DNA from: Camelus dromedarius
Lineage: Eukaryota
Assembly: GCF_036321535.1 (NCBI RefSeq)
Contig: NC_087436.1
Location: 47,680,001-47,744,000 of the forward strand
Reading direction: 5' to 3'
DNA length: 64,000 nucleotides
Below the pieces are notes generated by a model. It saw only the letters and a program-made list of their open reading frames with translations. It had not been told where the DNA came from and made no database searches. Every line of letters starts with the position of its first letter. The stretch's first letter is position 1. A program made the translations under genes and the position numbers. Below are positions 55,289-64,000 of this stretch, in pieces.

Positions 55289-58200
55289 AAGTTTTACAAC
55301 CACAAAATGTATAATAGTAATTAGTCATTCCAAGATGTTCATTTCAAGAAGAATGCTTGCCTTGGGTGGTGGAAGTCCTATGATATTTGGCTGAGAACCA
55401 GTTCTACATCTTGTATTGAGATATTTGGAAAGGAGTTGCTGCACCTTGAAATGTACATTTTCTTGTATGAATATAAATTCAGTCTTGTTTCAAACCTCAG
55501 TTCAGATAAACTATGAACAAATTTAGCAGTGGGCCAACTGACTGCATTTTGGTTTTCTGTTTTCTCAAGTGTCTTGTGAATGAGCAGTGTTTTGGTGAGA
55601 AGTTTTCTCCAACAAATAATATGTTTGACAGATATTTGAATGTGAAACCATTGCTTTTTCACCACTCCTCAAATAGTTTCATATATTTTTATATATTAAA
55701 AAGAGCTTTTTATTAAAAGGAAAATATACTCAACACAATGCACAACTGAGATGCTGCATATGTGCTCTGTAAATGGTAACTTTCTTTTCCTGTGATTGTG
55801 TGTTTATTTTTTATGAGTTGCTGTATTCTTCAAATATGACAGCATGATCTCCAATAAGACCAGAGTTACTGTTCTACATTTGTCACATTTAATTCTGTTT
55901 CCCAAGACTCAACCATTCCTCTTTTTCCTCTGCTTTCCCTCAACCCAAATAGCTCGTAATTGTATTCTGTCCACTTAGCCTTCCCTGAGTTAGGATATTT
56001 ATTTTTTCATTCTCTTACATAATAAAAAAAATATAGTGTTAATAGTAATGATAATGATGATAATATCTAGTTCAACAAGCACATTTGTTTTTAATTCCAT
56101 GGGTGTCAGTTAATTTTTTCTATGATTTTTAATCTTGAAGCTTCAGTTATCTTTTGGCCACATGTCCTTTCCCATTTATTTCCCATTTTTCTTTTCCTTC
56201 AAAGCTTTATTTCCTAGTAAAGATACTTTTTCTGATATTTATCCATAGTAGGTATATAGCAAACATTGATTAACTTTATGATCACTACTTTCCATTTTCT
56301 TTTTTTCCATCTTTCTTTGTATCAATAAATCAGTATTGAACAGATTAGGAAATTAAAATGCTCATTATTGTTTTCTTGGTACACATGTTTTATTTGAAAG
56401 TAGGAAGAAATCTGTATTTACTCAACTGTTTAAATGATTGCTAAACTAAAATAAAATTTATTGAAGAAAAATCACTTTGGTAATCTGTGCATCTAGGTGA
56501 TGGAAGTCCCATCTTCCACCAAAGACAGATTGTGAGCTACTAGTAGAAAATGATCATCATGCCTTATTCATCCTTGTGTTTCATTCCAGTACCTAATGCA
56601 GAGCCTCACACATTGTAGATACCTTAGAAACTGGCTAAGTAAGCTTACTAATTTATTCTAGTCTGGAACGTCACGATGGACTGTGAAACTACTTCTGCTA
56701 AATAAATTATAAACTAGACTGACTCCACTGTATTTCTCTTGGCCAGTGAAGTGGCATGCCCTCAATATTGTATATATCTTTGTTATAGTCAAGACAGTGA
56801 GAATTTCTGAAATTCTCACACAGATCATAGCACTGTGCAGTGAAGTAGAATTGTCATTAACTTAGAGTTGGTGCCTTGGTTGCCAGACCAATAAAATGGA
56901 GAAATATCTCTATGAATTAGACAATTAGATCTCTCTTTAGCAATCTAAACATTAAAATTAGAAAATATTTGACCAACAGCTAAACAATGAGAGTTAGAGT
57001 GAATATCCTAGCATGGATTTGATATCTATGGAAGTAGTGACTAATTAAAAAAAATGTAGACCCTAGGACAACTAGAAGTAACTTTGAATTTAGTTTAAAA
57101 CTACCACATGATGGACTGTACTGCCACCTATTGCAATGGAAATTTTTTTCTCCTAGAAAGCTTTTATTTATGTAGGACATCTTCCAATCACAGGAGACTA
57201 TTTAGATAGGTTTTATAGGAATATACATAGCTATTGTTCAATCAATGGAGTTCCTGGTTTTATTTTTCTTGTGAATTGTTGATGACAGCATCCAGAAATG
57301 TTAGTGTTAGGTTTCTCCAATTCTGAAATTGCCCAGAATACAAACTTCTCTAATTTAGTGAATTAAAGGAAGAAAATGCGTGTTTTCATCCCCACTGGAC
57401 TTGACTGAGGATCCTAAACCAGGTTCGGTTTGGAATTCTTACATGTCATTTCATAGACCACATTTTAGCCTTAAGTAAAATAGTTTCATGTAGCCCTACA
57501 AAGATTTTCTACTAATTAAATGGTACTTATGAGAAGAATGGAGTTACAATGTTACTTATTATTAATGATAGTGTGTTGATATTTAATAATAATTGACCCA
57601 GTTTATAAACTCTTCTATTTTACACTGTACTGCCAGTGTCAGTAGGGAATGACGAGTTATCTTTCTAATTAATAGTACTAGGGGGGTGTCATAAAATGAT
57701 TTAACTATAGTATCTTTTCATATTTAACTTGCAACCAGTGTCCTGGATTTAGATGGACACAATATCAATTGTGTTCTATTTGAATGGGTCCCTTCTCCTC
57801 CTTATCACAACATAGAGTACAATGGGGAAGGTAACCTGGGGCTGTGCACAGGGCAAACATTTTAAAATTATAATGACTTTTATTTATTATTATGGTTGCA
57901 TGAATCCATGCCATTAGCAGTGATGAACTTATAACACATTTTGTGACACTTGCCAAGTGAGCTTAAGCTGTAGGGTATTTTTACTAAACATAATATTTAT
58001 CACAAAAAATAATGTACCTTTTGAGAAAATGACAACCTTTCAGCTCTCCAAAGCCAGCTGTTAGGACTGCTTTATGAAAGCGGGCAACTTTCAGTTTCCA
58101 CAGTCTTCTTGTTTCTGATTAAACCAAAGAAGAGAAGTTCTCTTTTCATATCTAAACATCTCTGAGTAAGAAAATGTCATTATTAATATTCAGTCAGGGC

Positions 58201-58874
58201 TATGTGAAAGAGGGGAGGAAATGAGAGTTAAAGGATGGAAATGAACCACAGTTTTCCAACCCGAGGGTCTCCTGAGCCTGAGGTAAAGAGCAAAGGAGGA
58301 GTCACAGTGGAGCAGCTGATTACAAGGTCTGGGGTGGATTGCGGTACAGGCAGGAAATGATGAAGCCTGGCTGGATCCCAACAGGGAAACAGGACGGGAG
58401 AAAACTGATGCTGGTGCTGATGTTGAAAAGGAGGGCAGAAAGCAGAGCAGCTGGAAAGAGAAAAAGAAATAGACCCTTCCCCACCATTTCCAATAGCAAA
58501 TTGCAGGTGTCTTTCATTTTAGCTTCAGTTCCTGAAACGCTGGCTATCATTACCATCAGCTTGTAAGCAGTTAGGAAGTTAACCCATTCAAAAGACAAGC
58601 TGGGAGTAATTTGATTCTTAGAAAGAAGACTGAGTCTATATGGAGTGGAAACAAAGATCAGTTATTAGTGTCTTAATAAGTGAAAAAAAAATCACAAAAG
58701 ATTGCTTTAGAAATCAAATATTTGGAAAGAATTTTAGGATTTCCTAGAAAGTAGATGTATTGATTTACTTCCTACTTGTTATTAAAGGGAAATTGAGTTA
58801 TAATACTACGTCCAAATTTGCTATATTCAAGCAAATTTGGATTCTGTTACAACATAGCAAATGATGATAATTTA

Positions 58875-59120
58875 TTGTATTTACATATGAAAAAAGTCTC
58901 TGGTACAAAGCCAGGCAGAACTAATCTCTGCTGTTGGACATCAGGATATCAGGATAAGGAGGGAGCACGTGAGTGGCTCTGAGATGATGAGGATGTTCTG
59001 CTTCCCATCCTGGGCACTTGGTCACACGGGTAGGTCCTGCTTGTGACACTTCGTCCAGCAGTACACATGACATATGCATTTTTCTGTATGTATTTCATAT
59101 TTCAATAGCATATTTTGAAA
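58875..59120 (+). mobile_element. L1ME-like 3'UTR fragment
   Basis: aggcagaactaatctctgctgttggacatcaggat and atatgcatttttctgtatgtatttcatatttcaata. Confidence 0.6.
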
Positions 59121-61699
59121 CAAACAACTAGGAAATCAATGACCTGGGATTCAATGATTTAGAAAAATGATTTCAAAATGTTTAATAAAATATATGTAAT
59201 AATAACATGGGATCCAGAAGTTATTAAAATAGAAAATCTCTTGACAAATATATTGTTTATTCCTCGGTTTCAATTGCACTAGGGAAACCACCTCATGCAA
59301 ACCCATTTTTTTTTTTTTTAAGAAATGAGTTATAGTTCTCAAGTCAACCCAAAATTGGCTTACAGCATCCTGTATGGTTTTAATAAAAGTACTTTTTGAC
59401 AAGCCTTTGAATAGCATTGTAGCTGTATAAACAACTCAGGTGAACTGTGGAACTTTAATGAACTAGTTGTCCTTCACTAGTTCAGAGTTTCAGAAGTAGG
59501 CCTTAATATGCAAAACTTTTTATTTAGCCAATTGTTATCTATCCTCAGTGACAGAGGATATTGAGGGTTTGTTTCTCCTTTCCAAATAAGTTGGTTTAGG
59601 AGGCAATGTAACAGGGACCTCAGTGTCACATTAGGTGATAAGTATGTATGTGATGGAGGCAGGATGGGAATTTGGGGTTGGAAAGAAGGTTGTCATTCTG
59701 TTTCTTCCCCGTGCAGTAGCCTTTGGTGACTCCATGCTTTGACCTTGTTCATGAAGATTTCAAACTTGTAGGGATTTGCAGCTGAGCAAGACTGATGGGA
59801 GAACAGCAGTGACAATTCTCCCTTCTGCTAACAGATTTCAGTGACAGGGTGACTGTGCATGAGGTAGAGTCCTGATCCCCATTCTCCTAGCTGAAACACA
59901 TTGGTACAGATTCTCCCCTTCCTTAAAATAATCCTGAATGGAGGGGAGAATGACAGGGGTCTAGGAGATGACGTGTCTCCCTTATTAATCTCAGAAGGGA
60001 CAACATCTAATGCTGTGCTATGAGAAAAAGGAGTCGATAACCCAGTATATTGAATTTCCTTAACAATGAAAGCAAGGAGAGCAAGAGACTTTTTTAGGAT
60101 AAACATTTCTAAATGTCATTTTGATAAAGAAAAAGTACTATTGTAAATCTAAAACTTGTTTTGCATTTTACCAATTCTCAGTGCTCACTTAAATTCTCAC
60201 CATTTCCTTACTAATAGACAGTTCCAAAGTTTCACTCAAAGTTTCCCCTCAAAGTTTCCCTGGGCTCAGGGAATAAATTCGAGCCAGTGTGCAGCCAATA
60301 TTTTGAATTACGTAAACTATATTGAAGATAGTTCCATTAATTTCTTAAACCCATGTCAGGTAATGGAAAACAAACTTGCATTTCAGATCGCCTTCCAAAA
60401 ATAAGATATGGAGTTAGTGATTCCAGTAATTTAGAACAGGGTAGTGTAAGATTTCCCTCCTCAGTTATTATGGATTACTGTTGTGGTGGACTTGTGTCTG
60501 TTGTAAATAATCCTGTTGATAGAAAAAGCAGGTTGCCTGTTTTTAGGGAATGGGAAATACCGTATGAAATTTTTCAGATTTGACAATTACCTTACAAATA
60601 TTAATAGCTACCAATGAATAACAAATATGTCCTGGAAATGTTAATGAATCTAATTAAAAATGAACAAGCTGATCCATAAGTTCATCTTGTGTCCTGCAGT
60701 CAAAAAACCTGCATGGAGCAGCCAGTGCCCAGACACATTCATTCCATTTTCCACTAGCCCTAAGAAATATGTGCTCTCCCATAATTTCCATTGTCAATTT
60801 AATGGGAAGTTTAGAAATGCATAGCAATCTGAAGTAAAGAAAACTCAAAACATAGTGCTTTTTTAAAAATTAGGCTTCAGCCTGAAAATCCACATTTGCA
60901 AAAGTCATAATTCCTTTAGATGTGCAATTATAAAATGTATTGTTTTATGATCAGGTTATCTAGGAAAGACAAACAAGCACAAAACCAAACAAAAAGCCAA
61001 TGAAATGACAACAAAAAAGCACCCGATTTTTGGTGTTATGTTATATCTTGGCCATAGAGGGTGAAATGAAACTGTGAGCAAATATTAGTTCTAGTAAATA
61101 TTTAGTAAAGTTGACACATTACTAAAGTGGAATAGTGCTTCATTCAAAACTTGTTTTCTATGAAAGCTACTAGCATATAAGCACCTTAAAAGCAGGGTCT
61201 TTGGTGCGCAGCTGTACTCCAATATCTAGGACAATGCCTGGCTTGTAGTATATGTTGGATAAGTAATGGGAACCAACAAATGACTGAATTCAGTATTCCA
61301 GGTACTTTTGTAGGCACAGTCTAGTTAGTGGACAGTCATACAAAATGTTCATATATATATATACATATATATATATCTCACACATATATGTATATATGCA
61401 ACAAAGCTACTGGATAGGTCAGGGAAATTAATGCTAAGACCTCTACTAAAAAATAAGTGCATGTTTGCTAGCTGACTGATTAGGGAGGGAAATGTAAGTC
61501 GAAAACTTGGAGGCAGAGAGACATGAAAAATACACTGTGCAGACATTTTATATTCTGAGGCATCAGAGCTTTGTGAGAGATTAAAAGAGGCAAGAGTAAA
61601 GGTGGAGGAAGCTGAATAGTTGAAATGAGGCCAGTTGATGACAAAAATAGAAAAGGAAATGTTCCACTTCCACCACCATATTTACCCCAGTCCCTCCTC

Positions 61700-62640
61700 C
61701 TCCCCCTACCCGCAACCACTTACATCTGTACCTCCAAACTCTTTGTTCCATCCTATTACTACAGATGAATTGTCCATCTTCACGTCACAGGCATCCTTTC
61801 CACTTGAGTTCTAAACCTCATCTCCTCTCACCAATTTAAGAATGACTTTAGGAATTCTGTCTTTCCTGCATTATAATTTTTAATCTCTCCACCACCCTGA
61901 CTTGACATTCACAGCAGCCTGAAAGCATGCTATAATATCTTCCATCTTATAAAATTCTCTTTTTACTACTTACCCTTCTCCAGCCATGAACCCATTTCTC
62001 TTTTGCGCTTTATAGCAAATTTCCTCAAAATAATGTTGAAAAGAAGCCAGTCTCCAAGTCTTCTTTAATTCTCTCGTAAAGCCATTCCACTGTTTGAGTA
62101 CAGCTGTATCCATATTATCAACATCACCAGTGACCTCCACATTTTTAAAATCAAAATTTATTTTAGTCCTTATCTCATTTGACTAATCAGCAACATGACA
62201 GTATTATTTTTTTTTTAATTCTAGTTTGGGACACCACTACTTTTTGGTTCTCTTATCTTACCTGCAGTTCACTTTTGGTTTTCTTTGTTGGCTTCTTCTA
62301 ATGTTTTTAATCTCTAAATGTCAAAGTGCATCAGAGCTCTATCCCCAGACCAGCTCTTCATCTATATGAACTTTCTAGGTAACTTTAGTTTCATGTCTGG
62401 ATCTCAAATTTATGTCTTTAATCCAACTTCTAGTGTGAATGCTAGACTTTGTGTACACTAGCATGTAATACTCTCAACCCATTATCTTCACTTGCATGTC
62501 CTACTACTTATTTATTTATAGACTGTCTTTTCCTCACAAATGTAAACTTCATGAGGACAGGGACTTAATTTTGTTCATTGATATTCCCAGCATTTGAATC
62601 TGTCTAGCACAGAGTGAGCTCTCAACTTTGTTGACATGTT
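61700..62640 (+). mobile_element. L2 fragment
   Basis: catcaccagtgacctccac, atctcatttgactaatcagcaaca, tgtaaacttcatgaggacagggact. Confidence 0.75.
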
Positions 62641-62679
62641 ACTGCCTTGTCAAATAAAAAATATGCCTACCCTCTTATC

Positions 62680-63060
62680 CAGTATATATTCTAAAGAACT
62701 CAGGCCCATAAGAATGTTTATTTCAATGTTATTATGGAAGTAGGAAGGTGAAGTCATTTTGGGTGTTTATCTCTAAGAGAATAGATGGATATAATGTAGT
62801 AGATGCTTATTATTGATGTCAAAAACATCAGCTTAGACATTCACATAGCTACATAGGTAGATACTAAAAAAAATTCTGAGTAAAGATAATATAAAAATCA
62901 TAAATATATACATTATATATTTATATAATTTCATTTATGTGAGTTAAAAACACATGCATACAAACTATCAATATGTTTTGTTAGTATTCAACTAATTAGA
63001 AAGGCATACATTATACAAATTTGAATGGTTGTTTATGGGAGAGAGGGGAAGAAAGAAGAA
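62680..63060 (+). mobile_element. Old L1 3' fragment
   Basis: ataagaatgtttatttcaatgttatt, gaatagatggatataatgtagtagatgc. Confidence 0.5.
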
Positions 63061-63239
63061 AGTTATATGGCAAAAACAAAGAGATAAAGGAATGAATGTA
63101 TAAATGGACAAGGGAGAAATTGTGCTTGGGCCAATGTGATAATGTGCTTTGAGCTGAGAAGTATGACTGTCTCATCTGTCTGCAGCTGAAGCAAACCAGA
63201 AGGAAATACTATTGAATAAACAAAAGAGGTGACATTGAG

Positions 63240-63590
63240 TCTACAAGTGATGGGTAGAGGAATGGCATAATAAAAAATGTTCCACCCCAAAGAGAAAAAA
63301 CTCTTATTTATTCTGTCCTTAAGTTCCTCCACTTAAAATTCACCATCTTGAGAGAGGGAATTCCATTAATCAAGTTTTAGTCACCTGCATTCTTCTTGAC
63401 TGTACCAGATTTTAAGCGGAAAGACTGGAAAAATAAGTCTGGAGGGAAAATGGGACAAGGTCAAGATTTATCTTCTCACCCTAATTGCTCACAGACTGGG
63501 AAAGATAGCTCCCCAAAGTAAAACTAAGGTTCTGTTAGGAAGGGGGAATGAAGCTACATAGTTGAAAAATAAAACCACTAGAGACCATAT
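63240..63590 (-). mobile_element. Old MaLR LTR fragment (MLT1J/K-like)
   Basis: ctccccaaagtaaaactaaggttctgttaggaagggggaatg, typical of reverse MLT1. Confidence 0.4.
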
Positions 63591-64000
63591 GATACCATAA
63601 GTTCCAAATAGATAACAATTAACAATGACCCTTGGTGGTTGTTGAATGGAATCCTTCCTGGAAAATTCAGTATTATTTTCTTTTGGAAAAAAATGGTACC
63701 AAAAAAGGCTCTAGTTTCCAACTATAAATTGCATTGAGAGTTGCCAAAAATAACCTAAAGTTATGCAAACGATAATTTGTATTCAGATAGTGGAAACTAG
63801 GGGATACAGAAACCAGTGCATAGTTGAGACTGTTGCCAACAAAAAAATCAAGAAAGCACACAAACAGCACTTTCTCTCTGTCTCTGTCTCTCTGTCTCTC
63901 TCTCACACGCAATTTCACTAGGTTAATAGAATAGTCAGGTTTGTAATCATGTTTGATCTTAAGTTAATATTTTATTCTATGCATGTATTTTCTTTTTATA

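Noticed and set aside
57915..57975. Box C-like GTGATGA suggesting a C/D snoRNA
   Set aside because: No suitably placed CTGA box D with a terminal stem.
59459..59484. Hairpin tgaactagt...actagttca
   Set aside because: A 9-bp stem with free loop length is expected by chance in 64 kb; too short for a pre-miRNA.

Overview
AT-rich, CpG-depleted eutherian mammalian genomic DNA, most likely the interior of a long intron or an intergenic stretch. No complete protein-coding gene, RNA gene, CpG island or CRISPR array is supported. A large share of the window is recognisable transposon relics: a young 5'-truncated L1 with intact target-site duplication (TSD), older L1s, many MIR and L2 pieces, MaLR, ERV1 and ERVL LTRs, hAT MITEs, a near full-length Tigger2 and a Tigger2-family MITE. 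I saw no Alu, B1/B2, SINEC, PRE-1, ERE or BovB/Bov-tA, and the young L1 3' end resembles camelid L1 as I recall it, so a camelid host is a tentative inference. The best non-routine signals are: three +strand splice-site-flanked segments (42, 231 and 33 nt) plus an AG|GTAAGT recursive-splice-like site at 36-42 kb; a local duplication with an unusually conserved 54-bp core; an unidentified 277-bp TSD-flanked insert; and a nested LTR cluster. I do not see a convincing new biological system. Family names are from memory of consensus sequences, not from a search, and boundaries of old repeats are approximate.
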